DNA from: Lachnospiraceae bacterium
GTDB taxonomy: Bacteria; Bacillota; Clostridia; Lachnospirales; Lachnospiraceae
DNA: 64,000 nt
Direction of reading: 5' to 3'
Assembly (NCBI GenBank): GCA_017558145.1
Contig: JAFYWF010000116.1
Location: 4,415-68,414 of the forward strand
A program made the position numbers and the translations under genes. The notes beneath the pieces are model-generated. The model did not search any database and was not told the origin of the DNA. It saw only the letters and a list, made by a program, of their open reading frames with translations. Below, piece after piece: positions 18,514 through 27,203 of this stretch. Every line of letters starts with the position of its first letter. Positions within the stretch are counted from its first letter, which is position 1.

Positions 18514-19521
18514 CTATAAATTATTGATTTGTTCTTGGAATTGTTCTATACTTCCTGCTTCAATCGCAATTCTATGGAAGGATACTAAGACATTATCATC
18601 TTTCTCTTCGCTAATTCGTTCTGCAATATATTTTGGTAGTACGCCAAATTTTTCACATACTTCAAAAACCATAGCTTTTAGAGTTTCTGTCATTTGTGTA
18701 TCCTTTTTCTGCAGCTCGGCATCCAGGCTCTGCAGCTCAGCATCCTTACTCTGCAGCTCGGCATCCAAACTCTGCAGCTCAGCATTTAAACCCTGCAATT
18801 TTGAGTCTTTCTTCTGTAATTCATCAATCATATTCTTTAATTCTTCATCTTTTGCTTTTACCAGCTTATCGACAGACAGATAATGCATATATCTCGCCTC
18901 CACATCCCGATCTTTTTTTAAGATCTTAATTCGATTATGAATTTCTTTTAATTTTTCATTTGTGTTTTGTGCCACATATTCATCGGTAGAATTATTCAAA
19001 TAACCTAAAAAATCTACTAAAATTTTAGGAACTTCTTGCGTATTCTTACCTTTTGTGCTCAAAAAAATTCTTTTTGCACCATCATTTAAATGAATTTTTC
19101 TTTCCTCGCATTGCATTGTAAAAGTATATCGATATAATTCCTCATCAAAAGGATCAAAATTACAAATAAAAATAACATAAACCGGTTTTAAACTCTTATA
19201 ATCTTCACCTTTTTTCAAATTCCCAATATCAATTTGGGCTTGATAAAATCGACTTCTAAGAGGTAAATTATGCTCATTCTTGTTTTGCATTTCCAAATTA
19301 TAAGAAAGTTTGGTTACAGAATCTTTTGCATATACATCCAATCGAATATATTTTAATTCTGAGTTATACTTTTTTGTATACTCGACTTTTATATCCAACT
19401 CACCAATCTTTTCTTCAATGATACATTCCAACACCAATCGACATGTAACAGGATCCTCCAATGCCGCCGGAAAAAGAAACTCATCACTTAAATTAAGTTG
19501 CTGAATATTACTATTACTCAT
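18514..19521 (-). CDS. Rpn-family recombination-promoting nuclease / PD-(D/E)XK 'putative transposase', copy 1
   Basis: The N-terminal half (...IRLDVYAKDSVTKLSYNLEMQN...PLRSRFYQAQ...PVYVIFICNF) fits the PD-(D/E)XK transposase-like family. The C-terminal region is a coiled coil with heptad tandem repeats. Confidence 0.7.
   Translation of the reverse strand: MSNSNIQQLNLSDEFLFPAALEDPVTCRLVLECIIEEKIGELDIKVEYTKKYNSELKYIRLDVYAKDSVTKLSYNLEMQNKNEHNLPLRSRFYQAQIDIGNLKKGEDYKSLKPVYVIFICNFDPFDEELYRYTFTMQCEERKIHLNDGAKRIFLSTKGKNTQEVPKILVDFLGYLNNSTDEYVAQNTNEKLKEIHNRIKILKKDRDVEARYMHYLSVDKLVKAKDEELKNMIDELQKKDSKLQGLNAELQSLDAELQSKDAELQSLDAELQKKDTQMTETLKAMVFEVCEKFGVLPKYIAERISEEKDDNVLVSFHRIAIEAGSIEQFQEQINNL
18709..18798. 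repeat. 21-bp tandem repeat (4 full copies plus a partial one) inside the Rpn copy-1 coding region
   Basis: ctgcagctcRgcatccNNNct units at 18709, 18730, 18751 and 18772, with a partial copy at 18793. They encode (L/K)DAELQS heptads (LNAELQSLDAELQSKDAELQSLDAELQKKD). Confidence 0.9.
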
Positions 19522-19671
19522 TCAAAATCCTCCATAACAGAGGAATTCTATATTCAAATTAGCACAAAATATCGTTCATTTCAACGCTATATCCAAATAA
19601 TTCAACACACATTTCTATTAATGTGAATTGTATTTTTATATTGCACCCTTAAATGGAATTCTAAATTAATT

Positions 19672-20550
19672 CTACACCAATCCTCTTTCCCGATAATATT
19701 CCAAATAAGATCTATCCGGATCCATGAAAATCTCATTATGTGCAGAAGCCCCTTGTACCGGTGTCATATAATCACCATACAATAGCTCTAACACTTTCGT
19801 ATACTCTGCCGGTGCCGGTATCCTTAAATGCTCAAACGGAAGCTCGACAGTCTTTTCATACCATGACTTACTATATTTCCTGTTCATACCGTAAATGGCC
19901 GGTAAAATTAACCCTATTTCCGTAGCTTTATCATAACTGCTTACCAACAAAGCCTCAAACTGTCGAAAGCGATCCCTAATTGGCTTCTCCAATAAAGAAA
20001 TTAGCATATCATACGGTAAGAAAAACGGTGTATTTTTTTCCATTGCCTCTATTACTACTTCCGGACTGGAAATGGTCATCCAGATTTCTCTTTCCATTCG
20101 TTCATAAGGCGCATTCTCTTCCAGAAAAACACCATCTAATGGGAAAATGTCTATATAAATTCCCTGATGAGGTGCATCTTCTGTACAATATACTTCCTCA
20201 ATCGCTGTGGTATTTGTATTTCGAATCTTAGCAAAAGGAAACATCAAACTATCCGTGTATGCAGTCTGAAAAAAGAACGGTTCCCTGATTTCCGTTTCCA
20301 TAATTACTTTTAATTTTTCATAATCAGGTCTTGGCATACCAACATCCAAGTCATCATCCCAAGGAATAAATCCCTGATGACGAGCTGCACCTAGAAGAGT
20401 ACCATGTTCCAGATAATATCTCAAACCATGCTTTTTACAGATTTCATCTAAAAATTCTAATATCTCTAATTCCAAAGCCCATATTTTCTTTTGTTTTTTT
20501 GTAATAAGATAATCCCATCGTGTCTCTTCTTCAAAAAACTTCTTATCCAT
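19672..20550 (-). CDS. LicD-family phosphotransferase (CDP-alcohol/phosphocholine-type), copy 1
   Basis: LEHGTLLGAARHQGFIPWDDDLDVGMPRPDYEKL is the LicD signature. Confidence 0.85.
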   Translation of the reverse strand: MDKKFFEEETRWDYLITKKQKKIWALELEILEFLDEICKKHGLRYYLEHGTLLGAARHQGFIPWDDDLDVGMPRPDYEKLKVIMETEIREPFFFQTAYTDSLMFPFAKIRNTNTTAIEEVYCTEDAPHQGIYIDIFPLDGVFLEENAPYERMEREIWMTISSPEVVIEAMEKNTPFFLPYDMLISLLEKPIRDRFRQFEALLVSSYDKATEIGLILPAIYGMNRKYSKSWYEKTVELPFEHLRIPAPAEYTKVLELLYGDYMTPVQGASAHNEIFMDPDRSYLEYYRERGLV

Positions 20551-20636
20551 TTGTATTTCCTTTTACTAAAAAACTTTATTTTTCCAACAAAATCTCTTCT
20601 TCCACAAAAAATAATGTCAAAAATTTTCTATCATTT

Positions 20637-23210
20637 TTAACTTTCCTTCTTTAGTACATTCATCATAAATTCATGCACCTTCTGTCCACAGGTACCATCT
20701 AAATTAACGGCAATATCAGACAATTCTGTTAACTGCCTTTCTCTCACGTGTTCCAATCGACCCGACACAAAATCATCCATAAAACCTTCCATAGAAAATA
20801 CCCTGCTTTCTCTTCTGGCAAAAGCAGAATAACCTCGATTGATTCGTTCAAAACCATCTTCATTCTCTAACATTTTCTCCATGGATGTTTCAGATAACAT
20901 TGGATATTGAATATTATACTCTTCCGAATCCACTTTTAATTCTATCAACACATCATCAAAGGTACGCTGTATCCATAAAGTATTTTTATCTATCTGCTTT
21001 GCAAATCCGCTAACCATATAGTAGCTTGGATGATAATCATTGCAAGGTAAGTTTGCATCTACCCAAAGTTCTTTTGCACATAAAGAAACATTTCCTGTTA
21101 ACTTATCCACCTTTACCATTCCATTTGCAAATGCAGGTGTGGATATAATCCAATCTCCCATATCAAATAGTCTGTTATGAACCATACGCAAGCCGTCATA
21201 TCTGACATATAATCCTAATTCTGATGGCATTCTTATTTCCCACTCCTGATTGGAGCGACTATCCCATTTGATTATATTACCACTAGCACTTTCTGCAAGC
21301 CAGAAAACTCCATTGGAGCCGGTGATCGCTGAATAGGTATACTCCTGCTCTCCTACAGAGTATATCTTATGTTCTTTGCTACGCATATTAAAACATAAGA
21401 TACGATTCGTATAACAGGAAACCATATACAACATATTCTCATCTTGAACAAAACCACAAACATCCCACAAATACATATATTTTTCTTTTGGAATTTGCTG
21501 GCGCCAATCTTCTAAACATTTTGTATAAGCAGTCCACTGTTTTGTAATAGAACCATATTCCCAAATAGCCTCATTTTTATTTGGTAAAAAGAACCGACTT
21601 TCTTCATAAGAAACCATATCCTTAAATCGCAATAATTTCTTATTTTCTACATATTCTTTTGGTCCATAAGGTCTGAAAAATTCTTGTCTTTTGCAATCAT
21701 AACTAACTGATTGCCAAGCAATCTCCGGTATCATGTGTATTTGATTCTCAACGCTTGCCAAAGAACTATGACTAGTATTCCAATAGGGTGCTCCTTCATC
21801 TCTTCCCTCAAAGCAGATATCATTCCATTCCACTGATTTGGCATTTGTTCTTTCACCATTTACGGAAAAAAGTCCGTTGTAAGAAGACGAAACCATATAC
21901 CATTTTTCATTTACAAATTCCATATCTGCAATGCGTACTTTTCGCTTCCACAATTCATCCAATTCTCTATAAATAAAATTATTCATAAGAAAAATCGGTT
22001 TGCCCACAGCTCCAAATAAATTGATTACTGAGGTCCCTTCTTCTCCGATATATCCATCTACCACAGCTATGGTTCTCTCAATCTCCGGTGTATTGTCAAA
22101 AATTCCTATTTTTTCTTGTTCAAAATATGCTTTTAATATTTGATACTTTTCCAGCAATTGAGGCCGTAAAGAATGCATAGTAGCTTCCAATAAGGGATGC
22201 GGACGCCATACAATTGCAACTTCTTTGTGCTCCTTCACCCATTGAAATAAGACATAAAGCTTTTGTAAATACTGTGCTCCCTGTTGTAAAAAACAATTTA
22301 GACTGGTATTTAGCATCAAAGACTTCTTCCCTTGCAACGTAGCTTTCCACTCTTCGGGTATCCATACTTCTTTTCCTTGCTGACACATTCGAATGGCCTT
22401 ATCTAACTTAGGAGACCCTAAGGCTACAACTTTATCATAATAAAACATATCTTTGCAGCCTTCTTTAAACATAGGAGATTGTGCCACCATATAATCCATA
22501 TGAAAATAAGCCGACAACAACTTATGATCTTGCGCAATTGCTCCTGTCGTCACATAGTAAGGTACATATACCAATTTTCCTACATGCTTCTTCAACTCTG
22601 CAGAATAAAAATACGGATGTACACTAGTTACCAAATTTCTATTATCGTATGGGTTATGTATGTATGCCACATCCGGCTTTTCGTTTTCTAATGAATAATT
22701 CAAATAAGAAACGATTGGTACATGCGATGGAAATTTATCTCCATCATAGCAAACCACTGTTTCTTTCGTCTTGCCTTCATACCTATAATATGGAATCGGA
22801 ACTACCACGGCTTCGCAACATTCATCCCGATTGGCTTCCTGCCAGATACTTTCCAAACTATCCCACATCTCTGCTTTATAGGGAAAAAAGGCTATTTGAT
22901 AAGTTGCCGAAATATTCTCTACAAAATTCTTCACTTGAATGATGAATTCATCTAATACTCGCACTCTTGTTTCTAACACATACTCTTCCTGGCTGATCAA
23001 AAACAATTCTTCGCAATATTGCTCTAATAAGGAAACAGGTTGTTTTGTTAAAACTTGTTTTTCTAAAGTTTCACCCACAACAACAGCAGCCTGCTGGGAA
23101 TCCTGCAGGCTGTCCATCACGTCCAAAGTATTTTTTCCTAATAATTCACTATGCAACATTAACAAAGACTCTAAGATCTCTGTTAACTGCTTTTTCACAT
23201 GTTTTCTCAT
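20637..23210 (-). CDS. Large (857 aa) two-part protein: N-terminal TagB/TagF-like (weak) half plus unknown C-terminal ~430 aa (repeat/beta-rich)
   Basis: VALGSPKLD, SLMLNTS, IVWRPHPLL and VDGYIGEEGTSVINLFGAVGKPIF resemble the Glyphos_transf layout. The C-terminal half has recurring hydrophobic-G/N-x-hydrophobic strands (YNGLFSV, NRILCFN, GNIIKWD). The match is at pattern level only. Confidence 0.35.
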   Translation of the reverse strand: MRKHVKKQLTEILESLLMLHSELLGKNTLDVMDSLQDSQQAAVVVGETLEKQVLTKQPVSLLEQYCEELFLISQEEYVLETRVRVLDEFIIQVKNFVENISATYQIAFFPYKAEMWDSLESIWQEANRDECCEAVVVPIPYYRYEGKTKETVVCYDGDKFPSHVPIVSYLNYSLENEKPDVAYIHNPYDNRNLVTSVHPYFYSAELKKHVGKLVYVPYYVTTGAIAQDHKLLSAYFHMDYMVAQSPMFKEGCKDMFYYDKVVALGSPKLDKAIRMCQQGKEVWIPEEWKATLQGKKSLMLNTSLNCFLQQGAQYLQKLYVLFQWVKEHKEVAIVWRPHPLLEATMHSLRPQLLEKYQILKAYFEQEKIGIFDNTPEIERTIAVVDGYIGEEGTSVINLFGAVGKPIFLMNNFIYRELDELWKRKVRIADMEFVNEKWYMVSSSYNGLFSVNGERTNAKSVEWNDICFEGRDEGAPYWNTSHSSLASVENQIHMIPEIAWQSVSYDCKRQEFFRPYGPKEYVENKKLLRFKDMVSYEESRFFLPNKNEAIWEYGSITKQWTAYTKCLEDWRQQIPKEKYMYLWDVCGFVQDENMLYMVSCYTNRILCFNMRSKEHKIYSVGEQEYTYSAITGSNGVFWLAESASGNIIKWDSRSNQEWEIRMPSELGLYVRYDGLRMVHNRLFDMGDWIISTPAFANGMVKVDKLTGNVSLCAKELWVDANLPCNDYHPSYYMVSGFAKQIDKNTLWIQRTFDDVLIELKVDSEEYNIQYPMLSETSMEKMLENEDGFERINRGYSAFARRESRVFSMEGFMDDFVSGRLEHVRERQLTELSDIAVNLDGTCGQKVHEFMMNVLKKES

Positions 23211-23259
23211 AAGTAAAATTTATTCCCCAACTGTCTTTTGTCATTGTAAAATCTTGTTC

Positions 23260-24339
23260 TCATATCGTTGTTTTCACTTTATATTTGTGTCGCAATGTTT
23301 TCATTGTCCAATCATCAAAACTTACAATTCCATCATTTTGTAATCTACCAAGAACAATTCCCGGATCTCTTTCTATTTGATTCGCAAACCGTTGTATTGA
23401 TTGCAAATTAAAATTTCTCTCATTTATATATTCTTCATATTCTTCCGGTGGAATTAAATTATCTTCTGCATACCTATTTGCTGCTTCTTCCTGTTCTCCG
23501 TCCTCTCTTTCAAAAGAAATACCATAATCTCCATTTATTATATGACCAATTTCATGAAACAGAGTAAACCAGAAAGAATCTGCATTTAGTCTTCTATCAT
23601 TTACCATTAGCATAATATTATCGCCAATTTTTTTTGTTGCTCCGTTTGTTTTTGAACCTGATATGTTTGGCAATATAACAAATACAACCCCTGCTTCTAA
23701 AAATGCTTTGTAAATCAAAGGATAAAAATTATCATGATTTCGGGTCAACGTCAATGCATACTTTACGGCCTCTTCAAACTTCCTTTTATTAAATTTAGGT
23801 GCTTCTGTTTTCAGCACCTTATTTATTGCAATTTGGACCATAACGTTTGCTTTTACAATGCTTCCCTCTGTTATATCTTTGATTGAACTCCTAAAACTAA
23901 CAGCCATATCTCGCTTTGTAAATACTGATAAAGTTGCAACATTAAGAAACTCCCTAACACACTTTATCTGTTCATCTTTTTTTCTAGGCAAATCCGGCAA
24001 ACCAAAATTCTCTCTAAAATACTTATAATTTAAATATTCAAATACATTTCTTTCTTCAATTAATTCCTCTTCTGATTTAAACATTGCAATTAAAGTATCA
24101 TATGAATTCTGTATATTTAACCAGTAAGTAACACTTGTTCCCATCATTCTGGATAATCTTAATGCCATATCTATTGACAGACTTTGCTCTCCTCTTATCA
24201 ACAAACTTAAGTTTTTAGGTGTTGTATCAAGCCTTTTAGCAAAATCCTCCTGAGTCAATCCGCTTTCATCAACAACTTCTTTTATATAATATCCCGGGTG
24301 AAACGCAATCGTATCATTAAATTCTATATAATTACTCAT
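23260..24339 (-). CDS. HigA-type HTH antitoxin fused to an ImmA/IrrE (HEXXH) metallopeptidase domain
   Basis: HPGYYIKEVVDESGLTQEDFAKRLDTTPKNLSLLIRGEQSLSIDMALRLSRMMGTSVTYWLNIQ (HigA/VapI HTH), and FTLFHEIGHIINGD (ImmA/IrrE zinc motif). Confidence 0.75.
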   Translation of the reverse strand: MSNYIEFNDTIAFHPGYYIKEVVDESGLTQEDFAKRLDTTPKNLSLLIRGEQSLSIDMALRLSRMMGTSVTYWLNIQNSYDTLIAMFKSEEELIEERNVFEYLNYKYFRENFGLPDLPRKKDEQIKCVREFLNVATLSVFTKRDMAVSFRSSIKDITEGSIVKANVMVQIAINKVLKTEAPKFNKRKFEEAVKYALTLTRNHDNFYPLIYKAFLEAGVVFVILPNISGSKTNGATKKIGDNIMLMVNDRRLNADSFWFTLFHEIGHIINGDYGISFEREDGEQEEAANRYAEDNLIPPEEYEEYINERNFNLQSIQRFANQIERDPGIVLGRLQNDGIVSFDDWTMKTLRHKYKVKTTI

Positions 24340-24703
24340 AATGTTTGCTCACCTCCGTAATCTCTACTATCTTAACTATTCCTGAAATTTGATCAATGTT
24401 ACATGGCTCATATGGATTCTTATTTTCATCTAAAGGTTGCATAATAATTCGCCAAGGATCTTTTCTTGATTTAACATCAATAGCAAAATAACCTTCCAAA
24501 TCTCTTCCATTTTTATTCTTTAATTTATGAAAATGAAACATTGGTTGCACAATAATATCTTTTATACTATCTGCACTTTTTAATGCATTAATACGAGCCA
24601 GCAAACTTCTTGCTAAAAGTTCATTTCCATCAAATAATCTCTTGGCTGCTTTCATATTTGTGCATTGTGTCTCTGTTTTTTCTGATGTGTATTCAAGCTC
24701 CAA
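24332..24703 (-). CDS. HigB/RelE-superfamily toxin-like protein (TTG start), overlapping the downstream antitoxin by 8 nt
   Basis: The order is toxin first. The pattern ...LLARINALKSADSIKDI...FHKLKNKNGRDLEGYFAIDVKSRKDPWRIIM resembles HigB-like killer proteins (L..a....d....LkG...g.ysi.i...wRi.f). GAGG lies upstream of the TTG. Confidence 0.55.
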   Translation of the reverse strand: MELEYTSEKTETQCTNMKAAKRLFDGNELLARSLLARINALKSADSIKDIIVQPMFHFHKLKNKNGRDLEGYFAIDVKSRKDPWRIIMQPLDENKNPYEPCNIDQISGIVKIVEITEVSKHYE

Positions 24704-24716
24704 ACTCTCTACCTCT

Positions 24717-24773
24717 ACAATAAAATTACCTGTCAGGTAATTTTATTGTAAGCATTTTTGCATCTTTTGTCAA
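24717..24773 (-). promoter_or_regulatory. Sigma-A promoter with a 33-bp perfect palindromic operator for the HigB/HigA cassette
   Basis: Minus strand: TTGACA (rc 24768-24773), 17-nt spacer, TACAAT (rc 24745-24750). The palindrome is acaataaaattacctg-t-caggtaattttattgt (24717-24749), with 16-bp perfect arms that overlap the -10 and the transcription start. Confidence 0.7.
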
Positions 24774-24843
24774 TATAAGCGAATTATTTTTAACGTTTTA
24801 TCATAAAGATTTGGATCCCTATTCCCTTCTTTCTTAGTTATGA

Positions 24844-27183
24844 TTATCTTCTACTAATCTTCTCCTTAATCTTCGTAGAACTGGTACTCTGGGTATATGG
24901 GAAAAATACCAAATCTGCCCCCTGACTCTGTAAATATCTTTTCTTTGCTAACCAATCCGGATCATTCTCATAATCACTGCCGGAAAACTGTACATCAAAA
25001 TGATATTTGCTATATGCAGTCTCCGTATCTCCATAGTTTGGGCCTATTTTTACTGCTTCATCCACATAACGACAGGAACGCACAATCTCAATTCTTTCTT
25101 CAAAAGGTATATATGGATTTGTCTTCTTGTTTTTACGAACACTCTCATCAGATACCACACCCACAATTAGATAATCACACTGCTCTTTTGCCCGCTTGAA
25201 CATATTCAAATGACCTACATGAAACAGATCAAATACTCCTGCAATATATCCCACATGATACTTCTTCGGTGCAGCTACCTCTTCTCCTGAAACACTGACC
25301 AGTACTTTGGGTATCACTTTCTTCCTTGGATACTTTATACTCCAATCATATACTCCGTAATGCTTTACCCCTAATTCCCTCAGCTGTCTCATGACACCTA
25401 CATAATTCTTAATACAGATAATTACCTTATAACTATCCGCCTCCATATTTTTCAAAATATCCGGACTGAAAATAGGAATATCATACATCCGGGTTCCCCA
25501 CTTCTCCGAACTGTTATCCAGAATCCCCTCTACTTCCACTTCTCCTTCAAACTGTTCCAGGAAACGCATAGTAAATCTTCCGGAACCGAATAAATACAGC
25601 TTTTTATCTTCCAAGTTTTCTAAAATATCCTTAAAAATTGCTTGATATTCACTCTCTGAATAATTCATTCTCTGTCGGTTGGAATGAACAATACCGTCAT
25701 TACGTTTATAGGCTACATAAAAACTACCTAACTCTTTCTTGTTACGTAAGACATCTATAAATTTTGTAGAGTACCTTTTCCATAATTGTTCATATTCACC
25801 TAGACCATACCTATCCATCAAAGTCCTTCTCGACAATGCGGATTCCAGACCTGCATCTCCACCATAAATCATATTTATAGAACGATATAGAATCACATTA
25901 GCAGGAAGTTCTTCATAATAAAACTCCTGATCATAGAAAAGAAACCTATCCTCTGTTTTAAAACAGTTTAAGGAAACAAGATCTATGTATCCTCTCTTTA
26001 AAACAGGACCAAAATACTCTGCCTTTTCTGAAAAAGCAACTTTTTTCCATTGCTCCCTGTTTGGATCATCCGGTTTTCTTCTTTCCCAATCCGGATCCAT
26101 CTTGTCCCAATCTACTTCATCATAGGAAATAATATCTGAAGAATGAAAAATAATATCTCTGAAAGCATCTAACTCCTTCAAAAAAACTTCCGTATCTTCT
26201 TTTATTATCCGTCGGAAATAATTCGTTACAATTTCACCCTTTATATACGGCATTATAAACATATCTTGTTCTATATGACCTTCTACTACAGCCACACCAT
26301 GAGCTTTCAAATCCTCATTGTGTTCTACAAGTTTTTTCAGTCGCTCTTTTCCTTCTTCATATAACGCTTTCTTTATTACAGTATCTTTTCCTGTAATAAT
26401 AGTTGCCAAAGCAAACTCTTTTCCTCTATCTATAGAGAGAGTAACATGTTTTACATCCATAAACTCATTATTTAAGGAATATTCTATAAAATAAGAATTA
26501 GCCATAATATGAAACAAACCGTTTTGTACAAGAGTATTATACAATTTCTCTTCTTCCAGAAAAATAGTATCCGGTGTCCTATAGCCTGGAAAAAATCTAA
26601 CTTCTAACTCCTCTTCCGGTAAATAATCTTCCGCATAAATTAATTGCGGCATAGATAGGTTTGGTAATACAGAATAAAATTTTCTGCTGCTAAATCCGGC
26701 TTTGTCCAAAATATTCTCTATTTCTGCTTTGGAATACGCTCTCCCTTTTAACTGATCATAATCTGCTTTGTTAATTTTATAATAATTTTCTATACCATCA
26801 AAATTACGATTAGTAAAAGCATCCCTATCACCACAGAAATAACGGATTCCCAGACGATTATCCATTCCAAGAAGTAATTTCCCATCACTTGCCAAATGTC
26901 TTCTTAGAATAGCCAGCAACTTCTCCGGCTCCTTACAATATTCTAAACAACCTAACAAAATAATATATTCATATCTCTCTAACTTATTCTCTAAGTCAAA
27001 AACTCTTTCTATATCCATACAAGAAACAGCAAGACCTGTTTCCTGAAGCCCTTCTAGAAGAGCTTCATAATTCATTTCTTGCTGTAAACTGTGTGTAATA
27101 AGAAGTGCTGTGGCTCCTTTATTAAATTTGTACCATTTGATGATTCCCTTGGGAAGTTCGCGGATTAGTTGTTGTGTATGCAT
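24844..27183 (-). CDS. Four-domain fusion: class I SAM methyltransferase - kinase-like (APH/ChoK-like) - Rossmann-like FGxG...DN..WG module - HxGH cytidylyltransferase
   Basis: N-terminus LLLGMDNRLGIRYFCG (MTase family common in clostridial glycan loci). Middle YIDLVSLNCF...FYDQEF (HxDxxxxN / D-x-E-like kinase core). Then KKLYLFGSGRF...ILDNSSEKWGT...IPIFSP. C-terminus GYIAGVFDLFHVGHLNMFKRAKEQCDYLIVGVVSDE (TagD-type CTase). Confidence 0.65.
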   Translation of the reverse strand: MHTQQLIRELPKGIIKWYKFNKGATALLITHSLQQEMNYEALLEGLQETGLAVSCMDIERVFDLENKLERYEYIILLGCLEYCKEPEKLLAILRRHLASDGKLLLGMDNRLGIRYFCGDRDAFTNRNFDGIENYYKINKADYDQLKGRAYSKAEIENILDKAGFSSRKFYSVLPNLSMPQLIYAEDYLPEEELEVRFFPGYRTPDTIFLEEEKLYNTLVQNGLFHIMANSYFIEYSLNNEFMDVKHVTLSIDRGKEFALATIITGKDTVIKKALYEEGKERLKKLVEHNEDLKAHGVAVVEGHIEQDMFIMPYIKGEIVTNYFRRIIKEDTEVFLKELDAFRDIIFHSSDIISYDEVDWDKMDPDWERRKPDDPNREQWKKVAFSEKAEYFGPVLKRGYIDLVSLNCFKTEDRFLFYDQEFYYEELPANVILYRSINMIYGGDAGLESALSRRTLMDRYGLGEYEQLWKRYSTKFIDVLRNKKELGSFYVAYKRNDGIVHSNRQRMNYSESEYQAIFKDILENLEDKKLYLFGSGRFTMRFLEQFEGEVEVEGILDNSSEKWGTRMYDIPIFSPDILKNMEADSYKVIICIKNYVGVMRQLRELGVKHYGVYDWSIKYPRKKVIPKVLVSVSGEEVAAPKKYHVGYIAGVFDLFHVGHLNMFKRAKEQCDYLIVGVVSDESVRKNKKTNPYIPFEERIEIVRSCRYVDEAVKIGPNYGDTETAYSKYHFDVQFSGSDYENDPDWLAKKRYLQSQGADLVFFPYTQSTSSTKIKEKISRR

Positions 27184-27203
27184 ATTTATTACCTCTCAAA
27201 TTT

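Larger units (their letters stand above)
18400..19559. mobile_element. Rpn-family gene bracketed by ~25-bp imperfect inverted repeats (possible IS-like unit)
   Basis: Left arm atttgaat-gag-tagaattcctctgtt (18400-18425). Right arm aacagaggaattcta-t-attcaaat (19536-19559). The core is a perfect 15-bp match and the outer block a perfect 8-bp match, separated by a 3-nt versus 1-nt gap. Confidence 0.35.

Noticed and set aside
18709-18798. Regular 21-bp repeats considered as a possible CRISPR-like array
   Set aside because: The units are directly tandem with no spacers. They lie in frame inside the Rpn-like ORF and encode coiled-coil heptads. No cas genes are present.
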